A DNA stretch of 64,000 nucleotides from Patescibacteria group bacterium (GTDB taxonomy: Bacteria > Patescibacteriota > Patescibacteriia > UBA9934): NCBI GenBank assembly GCA_049296775.1, contig JBAQTB010000001.1:31491-95490 (forward strand), given 5' to 3'. The notes under the pieces were generated by a model. The model searched no databases and was not told the DNA's origin. It worked only from the letters and a program-made list of their open reading frames with translations. The position numbers and the translations under genes were made by a program. Within the stretch, counting starts at the first letter, position 1. Each line of letters begins with the position of its first letter. This document shows positions 38,994-48,815 of the stretch, in pieces.

Positions 38994-39551
38994 ATGTCTA
39001 TGATTATCGCCTTAGTAATTATCGGAGTAGTCGTGTTAGGAGTTGTGTGGTTGGTAGTCATGTACAACGGACTGATTAGTGGACGCACACGCGTACAGGA
39101 AGGCCTGTCTGATATTGAGGTGCAATTAAACCGTCGTTATGACCTGATCCCTAACTTAGTCAATACCGTCAAAGGTTACGCTAAGCATGAGGATGATGTC
39201 TTCACCAAAGTCACACAAGCTAGAACTGCCGCTATGTCAGCTAGCACTCCTCATGATCACGCTGTAGCTGAAAATCAGCTCTCTCAAACTTTGAAGTCAT
39301 TGTTTGCGGTGGCTGAGGCTTATCCAGATCTGAAGGCTTCCAATAACTTCGCTCACCTGCAGACTGAGTTGGTAGATACAGAAGACAAGATCCAGGCTGC
39401 TCGCCGCTTTTACAACAGCCAGGTACGTGATTTCAATACCTCTGTACAAACCTTCCCAACTAACTTGATCGCTAACACGCTCGGCTTCAAAGTTTTTGAA
39501 TTCTACGATGCTCCAGAAGCTGCTAACGCCACGCCACAAGTACAGTTCTAG
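38994..39551 (+). CDS. lemA: LemA family protein.
   Basis: N-terminal TM followed by YNGLISGRTRVQEGLSDIEVQLNRRYDLIPNLV, the LemA signature. The ORF opens at 38934, but the family start is at MSMIIAL (38994). Confidence 0.8.
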   Translation: MSMIIALVIIGVVVLGVVWLVVMYNGLISGRTRVQEGLSDIEVQLNRRYDLIPNLVNTVKGYAKHEDDVFTKVTQARTAAMSASTPHDHAVAENQLSQTLKSLFAVAEAYPDLKASNNFAHLQTELVDTEDKIQAARRFYNSQVRDFNTSVQTFPTNLIANTLGFKVFEFYDAPEAANATPQVQF

Positions 39552-39616
39552 TTCAGCACAGGTCGACCAAAACATGTTCGTGACGCTAACGAGCCCCGTT
39601 TGGATATATCTTAAGT

Positions 39617-40510
39617 ATGTACAGTCAAATCACCGCCAACAAGCGTAAGACTTGGTTGTTGATCTTCCTGGTAGTGGCGCTCATCATTGGTATCTCTGCG
39701 ATCTTTGGCTACGCCCAAGGCGTGGATCCAGCCGGAGCGATTATTGTGGGCACCATGATTGCCAGCACCCACGCGTTAATTAGCTATTTCTTTGCGGACA
39801 AAATTGCACTCGCGAGCACTGGTGCTAAAGCTATCAAAAAACAAGACTCGCCTGAGCTGTGGAATTTAGTTGAGAACTTGTGCATCACAAGCGGACAACC
39901 CATCCCCGCGATTTACGTGATTCAAGACGACAGTCCAAACGCCTTTGCCACTGGCCGTGACCCAGAACACGCTTCAATTGCCTTTACCACCGGCATCTTG
40001 CGAATCTTAGACAAGCAAGAGCTCCAAGGCGTCACCGCCCACGAACTGTCTCACATCAAGAATTACGATATCCGCGTCATGACCATTGTGGTGGTGCTAG
40101 TCGGCGCTGTCATGCTGTTGGCTGACATTATGCTCCGCACCATGGTGTTTGGTGGCAAGCGCGAAGACAAAAACGGCGCGGGCCTAATTCTGGCACTGAT
40201 CGGTATTGCACTCGCACTGCTCTCCCCCTTGTTTGCGCAGCTAATTCAGTTGGCCGTGTCTAGAAGTCGAGAATATTTAGCGGATGCGTCCGGTGCGCTC
40301 CTAACCCGTTATCCGGAAGGCTTGGCGAGTGCCTTAGAAAAAATCTCCCAATCAGATCGACCTCTCAAATCGGCGAGCAATGCCACAGCTCACCTCTTCA
40401 TTGCTAATCCGTTTGGAAATCACGCCAAACGCAAAAACTTTGTCTCGTCTTTTCTCTCAACGCACCCACCGGTTGAAGATCGTATCAAAAAACTCCGCGG
40501 CATGGCTTAA
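39617..40510 (+). CDS. htpX: Protease HtpX (M48 family).
   Basis: Four TM helices, HELSHIKNYD (HExxH) and a downstream E in REYLAD. Confidence 0.85.
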   Translation: MYSQITANKRKTWLLIFLVVALIIGISAIFGYAQGVDPAGAIIVGTMIASTHALISYFFADKIALASTGAKAIKKQDSPELWNLVENLCITSGQPIPAIYVIQDDSPNAFATGRDPEHASIAFTTGILRILDKQELQGVTAHELSHIKNYDIRVMTIVVVLVGAVMLLADIMLRTMVFGGKREDKNGAGLILALIGIALALLSPLFAQLIQLAVSRSREYLADASGALLTRYPEGLASALEKISQSDRPLKSASNATAHLFIANPFGNHAKRKNFVSSFLSTHPPVEDRIKKLRGMA

Positions 40511-40513
40511 ACT

Positions 40514-42997
40514 ATGAACGATATTTTGGATAAATTTACCAATCACCTCAAAAGCACGTTAACCCGGGCGTTAGTGTTTGTAGTTGAGACTGGCGGCGAA
40601 ACTATCTCCCCTACCCATTTGCTCTGGTCACTCGGCCTGCAGCGCGGCTCCATTGGGGCTGAGATTCTGACCAAAATTGGCATCACGAATGAAGCCTTGA
40701 ACGAACTTGTAGGCAAAGTAAATGCTACTCCAGCTCAACCCAGCTTAAGCGCTGACAAAATTGCCCCGCTTTTGTCTGAGGAAGCAAAGCAGGCCGTAGA
40801 AAAAGCTATCCTCTCAGCTAGCATGCATGAACACCGCTATGTCGGCACGGAGCATCTACTCTTTGGCTTGCTGCAAACTAAAATTCTGGCCATTGAGGAT
40901 TTTCTAAAAGCGCAAAAACTGAACCAGGATGCGCTCTACGAACAGCTCAATACCGTATTTAAAACGACTTCACGTTTTCCCGATTTCCCTAAAGCCAATG
41001 AAAGCACCAAGCCAAGCACGCAAACTTGCGACGAATGTGGCGAGACGCATGACAAGCATGAACATGCAGATGACAAGAGTGCCTTAGAATTCTTTACGAC
41101 GGAGTTAACCGCACCCGAGCGCGTCAAAAAACTTGACGTGTTAGTTGGGAGAGATCATGAAATTGATCGTTTGGCCGCGGTCTTATCTAGACGCACCAAA
41201 AATAACCCGCTCCTCTTGGGTGATCCCGGCGTAGGTAAAACCGCCATCGTCGAGGGCTTGGCTAAACGAATTGTCAACAAAAATGTACCGCTAGCTCTAC
41301 AGGGCAAGCGTATCTTTGCCCTAGACATGGGCTCACTCATTGCCGGCACCATGTACCGGGGTGATTTTGAAGGTCGCCTGCATGATGTCTTGGATGAAAT
41401 CAAAGACTTGCCGAATGCCATTCTATTCATTGACGAACTCCATACCATCATGGGTGCCGGTGCAACCACAGGATCACTAGATGCCGCCAACCTACTGAAA
41501 CCAGCTCTCGCACGCGGTGAGTTGCGCTGTATTGGCGCCACCACTCATGCTGAGTACAAAAAACATATTGAACTTGACCTAGCTCTAGCACGACGCTTTG
41601 CCCCCATTCCTGTCAAAGAACCTAATGCTCAAGAAACCTTGAAAATTCTCAAAGGTCTACTCCCCAGCTACGAACAACACCACGGTGTGGCTTTTGCTGC
41701 TGGCAGTCTGGACTTAATCGTTGAAATTACCGCCAGACATGTCACCGGCCGACAATTTCCCGATAAAGCTATTGATCTCCTGGACGAAACCGGAGCGGCC
41801 GCGCAAGCCGGTCGCCAAGCCGATCCACTGAAAATTGAAATCGATGCCAAGACAGAAGAACTGACTAAAATCACCCGAGAAAAAGCCGCCTCAGTAGCGA
41901 ATGAACATTTCCCCAGTGCCATTGATCTCAAAATCGCTGAGGATAAACTCCTGAAAGACATTGCTGCTCACAAGATTAAACTCGCCAAGCAAGCTAAATT
42001 AGTCATCGGTCATGAGCTTATCCTGCAGGTTGCCTCTAGGATTACTGGCGTGCCGTTAGATAAGCTATCACTTTCAGACACAGACAAATTAAAAACGCTG
42101 GCAAGTAGATTGGAAAAGCACGTCATCTCTCAGCCACACGCCATTGCCGCCATTACTGACGCAGTACGACGCGCCAAACTTGGGATCTCAAGAGCTGGTA
42201 GGCCGTTAGCGTCTTTCATGTTTGTGGGTCCATCTGGAGTGGGTAAAACTGAACTAGCTAAAGCCGTAGCCAAAGAGGTCTTTGAAGATCCCAAGGCTTT
42301 GATCCGGTTAGACATGAGTGAATTTGCGGAAGGCTATGCTGTTAGCAAATTGATCGGCTCTGCGCCGGGGTACGTGGGCTATCGTGAAGGCGCCAAGCTG
42401 ACTGACGCGGTCAAAAATAAGCCGCATGCCGTCATTCTGTTTGATGAATTTGAAAAAGCTCATCCAGATGTGCACAATTTACTCCTGCAAGTGCTAGATG
42501 ACGGCACTTTAACTGACGCCACCGGACAAAGCGTCAACTTCCGTAACTGCATCATCATCCTAACCACGAACGCGGGTAGAGAGAGATTTGAAAAAGGTGA
42601 GTTGGGTTTTGGCGGATCAAATGCTAGCCAACCAACCGCCACTGACTTAAGACCGCTCCTAGAGGAACACTTCAAACCAGAACTCTTAAACCGGGTCAAT
42701 AAAGTGGTGGTCTTTCAGAGGCTTGGCGCCAACGAGCTGCTGCAGGTCATCAAACAAGACTTGATCGAACTCACCAAACGCTTAAAACAACAGGGCTACT
42801 CTATCAAAACAGATCCGGCAGCCCTCCAAACTCTAGTCAAAGCTTTAAATCCAAAATTTGGAGCTAGAGATGTCCGGCGCGTAGTTGAGGAACAAGTAGA
42901 ACAACCGCTCGCCACTGTCTTGTTAGACAAATTAACTTCAAGCAAGAAAAATTACCGTATCGGCGTAGCAAAAACTGGTACAATCCGCATCAGTTAG
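40514..42997 (+). CDS. clpC: Clp ATPase, ClpC-type (two AAA+ modules, Clp_N repeats, short middle domain).
   Basis: 827 aa. Walker A motifs [15 protein letters not shown] (NBD1) and [15 protein letters not shown] (NBD2), and sensor motifs. A Cys/His-rich linker ([13 protein letters not shown]) follows the N domain. Confidence 0.85.
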   Translation: MNDILDKFTNHLKSTLTRALVFVVETGGETISPTHLLWSLGLQRGSIGAEILTKIGITNEALNELVGKVNATPAQPSLSADKIAPLLSEEAKQAVEKAILSASMHEHRYVGTEHLLFGLLQTKILAIEDFLKAQKLNQDALYEQLNTVFKTTSRFPDFPKANESTKPSTQTCDECGETHDKHEHADDKSALEFFTTELTAPERVKKLDVLVGRDHEIDRLAAVLSRRTKNNPLLLGDPGVGKTAIVEGLAKRIVNKNVPLALQGKRIFALDMGSLIAGTMYRGDFEGRLHDVLDEIKDLPNAILFIDELHTIMGAGATTGSLDAANLLKPALARGELRCIGATTHAEYKKHIELDLALARRFAPIPVKEPNAQETLKILKGLLPSYEQHHGVAFAAGSLDLIVEITARHVTGRQFPDKAIDLLDETGAAAQAGRQADPLKIEIDAKTEELTKITREKAASVANEHFPSAIDLKIAEDKLLKDIAAHKIKLAKQAKLVIGHELILQVASRITGVPLDKLSLSDTDKLKTLASRLEKHVISQPHAIAAITDAVRRAKLGISRAGRPLASFMFVGPSGVGKTELAKAVAKEVFEDPKALIRLDMSEFAEGYAVSKLIGSAPGYVGYREGAKLTDAVKNKPHAVILFDEFEKAHPDVHNLLLQVLDDGTLTDATGQSVNFRNCIIILTTNAGRERFEKGELGFGGSNASQPTATDLRPLLEEHFKPELLNRVNKVVVFQRLGANELLQVIKQDLIELTKRLKQQGYSIKTDPAALQTLVKALNPKFGARDVRRVVEEQVEQPLATVLLDKLTSSKKNYRIGVAKTGTIRIS

Positions 42998-43000
42998 TTG

Positions 43001-43030
43001 AGAAAAAACGAGCCTCGGGCTCGTTTTTTC
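43001..43030. terminator. Bidirectional-looking terminator after clpC.
   Basis: aaaaaa-cgagcc-tcg-ggctcg-tttttt. Confidence 0.7.
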
Positions 43031-43048
43031 GTGGTACAATTTAGGCGT

Positions 43049-43918
43049 ATGGTAGTTAACTCGGGTGCCACCACACTCAGACTAAGTGACACCAAAGCTA
43101 GACTTGCAGTTGAGAAAAATATCGCCAGACGCGGGCGCGATTTTGAGCAACCAAGATCTAACAATCTCGTCACGCCCGAGCTACCACAAACTCCCCCACC
43201 GCCAACAGGACTAGACCGCACTGAGACCTTCCAGAGAGCTGACCGCCAACGCCGTGTGCAAAACCAGATTGGTCAAAGCGCTGGCATGGACTTAGTCAGG
43301 CGTACTCCAGCCAGTGAAACACAAGAACCTATCGATAAAATTCAGGCCGATTACGCCCAGAAGGAAGCCTCTTTGCTAGCCAGAAACCAAGCCGGACAAG
43401 ATAAACGCTCTGCCCCAGCCAAACGCTCTGAACGTAACCAGATCAAGTCCAAGGGCCTAAATGAGGCCATGGAGGAATTACAAAAAAAGGCGCAAAAAGA
43501 GATCCAATCATTCTTCAGCAATAGCACCGGCGCCGTGGCTGAAGTGGTTGGCACACCGGGTGAAGACGGTGGCTTTTTTGAACTGGCCAGCATGGCCCAA
43601 AATTCCGGACAAGCTGTCAGAACCATCCTCTCACCCGCCCCACCCGAGGCTAAGGATGCCACCAGTATCGCTGCCCTTAAATCTCAGTTCCAAGAATCAA
43701 TCCTAGACGGTATCATTCCGCGTTTTAATCTGCACACCATGAGCGGTATCGAGGGTATGCTCAAAGCGATTGCTCAAATGTTCTTTGTGGGACTAGTTAT
43801 GCTCGTGATTTCCATCGTAGTTCTCATCCAGATCAGTATCTTTGATACAATTTATCAATTAGGCACCAATCCATTTAAACTAATCTTCAACCTCGGGCTC
43901 TCAAAGCTTGGCATGTAA
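43049..43918 (+). CDS. Hypothetical protein with a C-terminal TM anchor, possibly translated from a leaderless mRNA.
   Basis: The ORF opens at TTG 42998 inside the clpC terminator. The realistic start is ATG 43049, 8 nt after an extended -10 (TGGTACAAT at 43032..43040). The C-terminus has a TM helix (MFFVGLVMLVISIVVLIQI). Confidence 0.5.
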   Translation: MVVNSGATTLRLSDTKARLAVEKNIARRGRDFEQPRSNNLVTPELPQTPPPPTGLDRTETFQRADRQRRVQNQIGQSAGMDLVRRTPASETQEPIDKIQADYAQKEASLLARNQAGQDKRSAPAKRSERNQIKSKGLNEAMEELQKKAQKEIQSFFSNSTGAVAEVVGTPGEDGGFFELASMAQNSGQAVRTILSPAPPEAKDATSIAALKSQFQESILDGIIPRFNLHTMSGIEGMLKAIAQMFFVGLVMLVISIVVLIQISIFDTIYQLGTNPFKLIFNLGLSKLGM

Positions 43919-43921
43919 CTT

Positions 43922-45142
43922 ATGACTGAAAGACAACAAATTGCTCTCAAGATCATAGGCTTAATTGCCGTGGCTGGCGTCATGGGCTTGGTTTTGTACT
44001 TCATGATTTTTGGTGGCAAACCTAACGTTATTCCGGATGCTGGCACACCTGAAGTCACAGAAACTCCCGGCGGCCTCCCCACGGCAGACACAGGCACACC
44101 TGGCACTACTCCTGGCGGCCCAACTGAGACGGGCAGCGGTACCCTCCAGCCCTCACCTACTGCTACCGGCGGGCTGACATCGACGACACTCTTAACAACC
44201 GCCAGCGCTTTACAGCCCACCATCACACAAAATGGCACCGTAGCCTACTACGACCCTAAAGACGGCAAATTCTATACCATCAATGCTGATGGCGACGTGG
44301 TCCCGTTGTCACAAGCCACTTTCCCCTACGCACAAAATATCGTGTTCTCTAATGACGCTGGGAGTGCCGTTATTGAATTCCCAGACGGCAGCAACGTGGT
44401 GTATGACTTTAATACCGGCAAGCAAACCACCCTCCCTAGTCACTGGGAAGATTTCGGCTTCAACCAAACTGGTACGGCCATCGCCAGCAAGAGCGTAGGC
44501 ACAGATCCCTCCAACCGGGCTCTAGTCGTCACCGCCACCGATGGCTCCAACACCCAAGTCATTGCACCACTTGGTGCCAATCAAGACCTGGTAGATGTCA
44601 GCTGGTCACCGGACGGCAATACACTCGGCTTTTCTAGAACTGGTTCGGGCGGCAGTGCTTTTGGACAGAATGAAATTTACTTAATCGGGAGTGATGGCGA
44701 AGCATCAGGGTTACTAATTGTGAACGGCTCGAATTTCAAAAATATCTGGGCACCGGACGGCAGAAATTTGCTCTATTCCGTAGCTGATGCCGGAGATGAA
44801 TACCGCAGCAGCCTCTGGTACGCGGATTCACGTGGTGACACCCAAGGCAACACCCGCGTCCGCATTGGCGTGAAAACTAGCGCCAATAAATGCACTTTTG
44901 CCTCAGCGGCACTAGCGTATTGCGCCGTACCCAGAACCATGCCAGCCGGTGGCGGCTCCGCCACTTCACTAGTCACCGCCTATGATGATTTGTATAGCGT
45001 CTCTCTCCCATCCGGAAAAACTAATCTCATTGCTATCCCGGATAAAGATTTACGCATGTATAATCTAACTGTCTCTGGTAACGGGGATGAACTGTATTTC
45101 TCAGACGCCTCCGGTAGACTAAACCTCATCCAGTTGGATTAG
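43922..45142 (+). CDS. Membrane-anchored beta-propeller protein (TolB-like PD40 repeats).
   Basis: N-terminal TM, a Pro/Thr/Gly-rich linker, then repeats of the SWSPDGNTLGFS, WAPDGRNLLYS and DGSNVVYDF type. Confidence 0.6.
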   Translation: MTERQQIALKIIGLIAVAGVMGLVLYFMIFGGKPNVIPDAGTPEVTETPGGLPTADTGTPGTTPGGPTETGSGTLQPSPTATGGLTSTTLLTTASALQPTITQNGTVAYYDPKDGKFYTINADGDVVPLSQATFPYAQNIVFSNDAGSAVIEFPDGSNVVYDFNTGKQTTLPSHWEDFGFNQTGTAIASKSVGTDPSNRALVVTATDGSNTQVIAPLGANQDLVDVSWSPDGNTLGFSRTGSGGSAFGQNEIYLIGSDGEASGLLIVNGSNFKNIWAPDGRNLLYSVADAGDEYRSSLWYADSRGDTQGNTRVRIGVKTSANKCTFASAALAYCAVPRTMPAGGGSATSLVTAYDDLYSVSLPSGKTNLIAIPDKDLRMYNLTVSGNGDELYFSDASGRLNLIQLD

Positions 45143-45144
45143 TT

Positions 45145-45786
45145 ATGCGTTATTTTTGGCACTTCTTATTCTCAGCGACCTTGATTGTAGCTTTTGTAGT
45201 TTTGTTTTTTGTCTTTTCTTTAGGCGCAAAAGACAAAATCAGCTTTACCGATGACGCCACTCTAGACGCACCCACCGTCACCATTGTCGACCCTAGCCTG
45301 GGACCCAAAGATGCGCCCATCACAGTGGTCAACTTTGGCGATTACCAGTGCCAAAACTGTGCTGACCTAGAACAAAGTTTAGTCGCTCTCAGATCTCAGT
45401 ATCCAGAAGCACTTAAGATCGTGTGGAAAGACATGCCTAACACCTCCCAACACAGTGAGGCTCTAAATGCTGCCGTGGCAGCGCAATGTGCTGGCGAACA
45501 AAAGCAATTCTGGGAATATCACACCTTGCTCATGGCTAATCAAGCCAGCCTAGGCGCTGAGCTGTATACTCAGATAGCAGCAGAACTAGACCTAAAGTCT
45601 GGACCGTTCACCCGCTGCCTAGAGAATCAGGCCACTTTGCCACTGGTGCAACGCGGTTTTGAAGAAGGTTTAGCTTTGGGGATTACGGCGACCCCGACCC
45701 TGTTCATTAACCGTGAACGCTACACCGGCGCCATGACCACGAGTGAACTCAAACGTCTTCTAGACGACCTTATCTCCCAACTGTGA
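45145..45786 (+). CDS. DsbA-family thiol:disulfide oxidoreductase (membrane-anchored).
   Basis: N-terminal TM, a thioredoxin fold with CQNC (CxxC) in VVNFGDYQCQNCADLE, and a T-P cis-Pro motif (GITATPTLFIN). Confidence 0.7.
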   Translation: MRYFWHFLFSATLIVAFVVLFFVFSLGAKDKISFTDDATLDAPTVTIVDPSLGPKDAPITVVNFGDYQCQNCADLEQSLVALRSQYPEALKIVWKDMPNTSQHSEALNAAVAAQCAGEQKQFWEYHTLLMANQASLGAELYTQIAAELDLKSGPFTRCLENQATLPLVQRGFEEGLALGITATPTLFINRERYTGAMTTSELKRLLDDLISQL

Positions 45787-47162
45787 AGAAATTTTTCATC
45801 CTACTCTTAACCGCCTTCATCCTAACGCCATCTTTGGCATTTGCTGCCCTTAGAGATGCTGATTTAGATGCTAAATTCGACTCTGGCAACACAGATGAAG
45901 CGGCGGAATTTGAAGCTAACCAAGCACGTTGTCAGGAATATACTTGTAGCTGCACCTGGCCACAGCCAAGCACGGGTTCCGGCGAGGCTAGTCCTGGAGT
46001 GTATAGGGCTGATTTTAGCGATATCCTGACAGAAGACGCCTGCCACTCAGCGTGTACAGAGAAGCTCAGAAATGACGGAGATACGTTTGGACTCACGCAA
46101 ATGACGATCAACTTTGCATGCAACACACTCGGCGCCGCAGGCAGGACTGATGAAAAGCCGCTTAGAGAGAAGATCTTTCCGTCGCTTAACGTGGTTATTC
46201 CTGGAATTGGCTATACCATCTTGAACGACGGGAAAATACAATGGACAAAGGCTTCGATAGAAGGTGATGGCAACAAGGTCACGAGCAATATTTTAGGTGT
46301 ATACATTAAGGCTTGGTACCTATTTTTACTGGGAGCCGCAACTTTGGTAGCTGTAACCATGATGATGATTGGTGGCTTACAATACGCCACCGCTAGAGGT
46401 GACAGCAATCAGGTGAGTGCCGCTAAACAACGCATTAGCAATGCAGTCGTGGGTGTCATTCTTTTACTGCTTGCGTTTAACATTGCCTTCATTGTCAATC
46501 CCGCTACCACCACCTTTGATTCACTCAGTGTAGACTATTTACCGCCTGCGGCAGACTCTAACAGAGTTGCCTTTAACGCCAGTACGGCCGACCAGGGTGC
46601 TTTAACGAAATTTAAAAACGCCACCCCGCCCACGTCAGCTGAATTAGCGGCCGGCGTACAATTCTTCATCACGTCTTACTACGCCCCCGCATACGGTGAA
46701 ACAGGTTTTGGCGGTATTAGTTTTGAATGCAATATCGCCATGCAGTGCGCTTGTCCAACTATATCCGGTAAATCCAGCATTAAATCTTGCTTCAGTGAAA
46801 AACTCAACTACTCCTGGGCACCGTGTAACAACTTCAGCTCAAGCGTACCGTACTGTGACGTAACCACAGCCAGAAGATACGGACTAATCGACACTCCACC
46901 CCAGGCTTACCGCACCGCGGCGGTAGACAATAGCTACATGCCTTTTGGAACGGTGTTCAAAATCTTTGGCGCTCCAGACAGTGCCGCGAATGCCGCCATC
47001 TGGTACGCGGAAGATACTGGGGCAGAAATCAAGGGCAGACGCGTTGATCTATTCATGGGCGTAGGTCAAAGTGCGTACAATCAAGCCATTAAAAACATTG
47101 GTGAAGTAACTCTAAGAACGTGTCCGGATAATGATCCCGAGCAATGCCCTAACACACCGTAA
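45783..47162 (+). CDS. Secreted/membrane protein with a central two-helix hydrophobic hairpin and a C-terminal 3D (MltA/YuiC-like) domain.
   Basis: Signal peptide MKKFFILLLTAFILTPSLAFA. The TM hairpin is AWYLFLLGAATLVAVTMMMIGGLQYA / AVVGVILLLLAFNIAFIV. The C-terminus TAAVDNSYMPFGTVFKI...AEDTGAEIKGRRVDLFMG matches the 3D-domain pattern with three conserved Asp. It overlaps the DsbA gene by 4 nt. Confidence 0.55.
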   Translation: MKKFFILLLTAFILTPSLAFAALRDADLDAKFDSGNTDEAAEFEANQARCQEYTCSCTWPQPSTGSGEASPGVYRADFSDILTEDACHSACTEKLRNDGDTFGLTQMTINFACNTLGAAGRTDEKPLREKIFPSLNVVIPGIGYTILNDGKIQWTKASIEGDGNKVTSNILGVYIKAWYLFLLGAATLVAVTMMMIGGLQYATARGDSNQVSAAKQRISNAVVGVILLLLAFNIAFIVNPATTTFDSLSVDYLPPAADSNRVAFNASTADQGALTKFKNATPPTSAELAAGVQFFITSYYAPAYGETGFGGISFECNIAMQCACPTISGKSSIKSCFSEKLNYSWAPCNNFSSSVPYCDVTTARRYGLIDTPPQAYRTAAVDNSYMPFGTVFKIFGAPDSAANAAIWYAEDTGAEIKGRRVDLFMGVGQSAYNQAIKNIGEVTLRTCPDNDPEQCPNTP

Positions 47163-47221
47163 GCCAGCTACACACAGGCTGGCTTGATTGAGTGTAGTAG
47201 AGAGGATAGATTGAGAGGTGT

Positions 47222-48514
47222 ATGTTTGCTTGTTCTCATTGCGATACCCAATACCCCAAATGGACCGGTCGGTGTACGGAATGTGGTCAATGGGGGAAAA
47301 TCATTGAAGATACTGACGCAGATGCCAGAACCGGCAAAGCTAAGGGCAAAAAAGTCGCTGCGGCTACGGTTTTGCCGCTCAGCACTGCCAGCGCTTTTCA
47401 AACCAAGCACATCCCCACCCAACTGGCAGAATTTGATCGAGTGTTAGGTGGCGGAATTGTGCCTGGATCAGTCACGCTACTGGCTGGCGAGCCCGGCATT
47501 GGAAAATCGACCTTAGTCGCCCAATTAGCCGACTCTTTCTCCAGGAGTGCCGGCAACAAAACCGCCTACTACGCCTCGGGTGAAGAATCTGAAGGTCAAG
47601 TGCGATTAAGATTTGAACGTTTAGGTATTGAACCTAAACTGATTGCTTTTTCTAATACTGTCGATGTCCCAGCCATTTTAGCCGCTGCTCAGCAACTAAA
47701 CCCGAGTGTTGTTATAGTCGACTCCATTCAAACCATGATGACCTCTGAGGCGGATGCTTTCCCAGGTACGCCTACGGCTGTTCGGGCCGCCACCTCCGAG
47801 CTCATTGGCTACGCTAAAACAACCGGCGTGCCGGTACTTATCATTGGACAAGTTACCAAAGAAGGCTCAGTCGCTGGCCCTAAAACTTTAGAGCACCTGG
47901 TAGATACAGTGCTGACACTGGAAGGCGATCCTGAGTCTGCGTATAGATTGCTACGAGCAGCTAAGCACAGATTCGGCAGCACAGAAGAAGTGGGTGTATT
48001 TGAAATGACCGAAAAAGGTTTGATTACAGTGGAAAATCCTTCAGCTCGTTTCCTCAAAGAACGTGTGCCAGGCCCAGGGTCAGTCGTCACTTGCGTCATG
48101 GAAGGTAGCCGGCCTTTCCTGGTTGAGATTCAAGCTCTGGTAGACAAAACCTTCTTCCCAAACCCGGTACGACGCACCTCCGGCTTTGACGCTGGCAGAT
48201 TGCAAATGCTCCTGGCGATTATTAGCAAACGTGCTGGCGTTAAAATTTACGATCAAGACGTGTTCGTGAACGTAGTCGGCGGGATGCGGATCACAGAGCA
48301 TGCCGCCGATTTGGCGGTAGCCGCCGCCGTGATCTCCGCTGCAGAAAACAAGCCCTTGGCGAGTGACGCTGTGGTCATTGGTGAACTAGGTCTAGGCGGC
48401 GAAGTCCGGTCTGTGCCTTTTCTAGAGCGTCGCTTGAAGGAAGCTGAGCGATTAGGGATGAAAACTTTCATTACCCCTAAGGAGGTCAAAATGGTACGTG
48501 AAGTACTTAAATAA
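47222..48514 (+). CDS. radA: DNA repair protein RadA/Sms.
   Basis: A C4 zinc finger (CSHCDTQYPKWTGRCTECGQWG), a RecA-like Walker A (GEPGIGKST), the KNRFG-like motif (AKHRFGSTEE) and a Lon-like C-terminal domain. Confidence 0.95.
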   Translation: MFACSHCDTQYPKWTGRCTECGQWGKIIEDTDADARTGKAKGKKVAAATVLPLSTASAFQTKHIPTQLAEFDRVLGGGIVPGSVTLLAGEPGIGKSTLVAQLADSFSRSAGNKTAYYASGEESEGQVRLRFERLGIEPKLIAFSNTVDVPAILAAAQQLNPSVVIVDSIQTMMTSEADAFPGTPTAVRAATSELIGYAKTTGVPVLIIGQVTKEGSVAGPKTLEHLVDTVLTLEGDPESAYRLLRAAKHRFGSTEEVGVFEMTEKGLITVENPSARFLKERVPGPGSVVTCVMEGSRPFLVEIQALVDKTFFPNPVRRTSGFDAGRLQMLLAIISKRAGVKIYDQDVFVNVVGGMRITEHAADLAVAAAVISAAENKPLASDAVVIGELGLGGEVRSVPFLERRLKEAERLGMKTFITPKEVKMVREVLK

Positions 48515-48815
48515 GACTTATCGTTCCGACGTCGGCGATCCCCTTCCGGGGGAGATACTTTCTTTAGCGTTAAAGAAAGTATCCAAAGAAAGCCGCCGCC
48601 GCTGTTTTCTACCGGGGTGAAATCCGGCATCTTTCGGGCAAACCCGACGCTGACCGATTTTATTCTTCCTAAGTACCAATCTAGTCTTGTGGTATCGGCC
48701 AGCACGGGATTTGCTATTCCTCACTTCTTGCCGGATTTCCACTGGAGTAATCCCGGCAGAAAACAAACGGCGGGATAGCGAAACTGAGTAAGAAGATGCT
48801 TGAATTTAATCCACT

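Noticed and set aside
42998-43048. TTG start at 42998 for the gene after clpC.
   Set aside because: That start lies inside the clpC terminator hairpin. ATG 43049, preceded by an extended -10, is the plausible start.
48515-48815. Searched the radA-recG intergenic region for SRP RNA, RNase P RNA and tmRNA signatures, and considered the 150 and 82 aa minus-strand ORFs there.
   Set aside because: No conserved ncRNA motifs were found by eye. The ORFs are Arg/Lys-rich with no start context and are probably spurious. The region is kept as a finding for its structure only.
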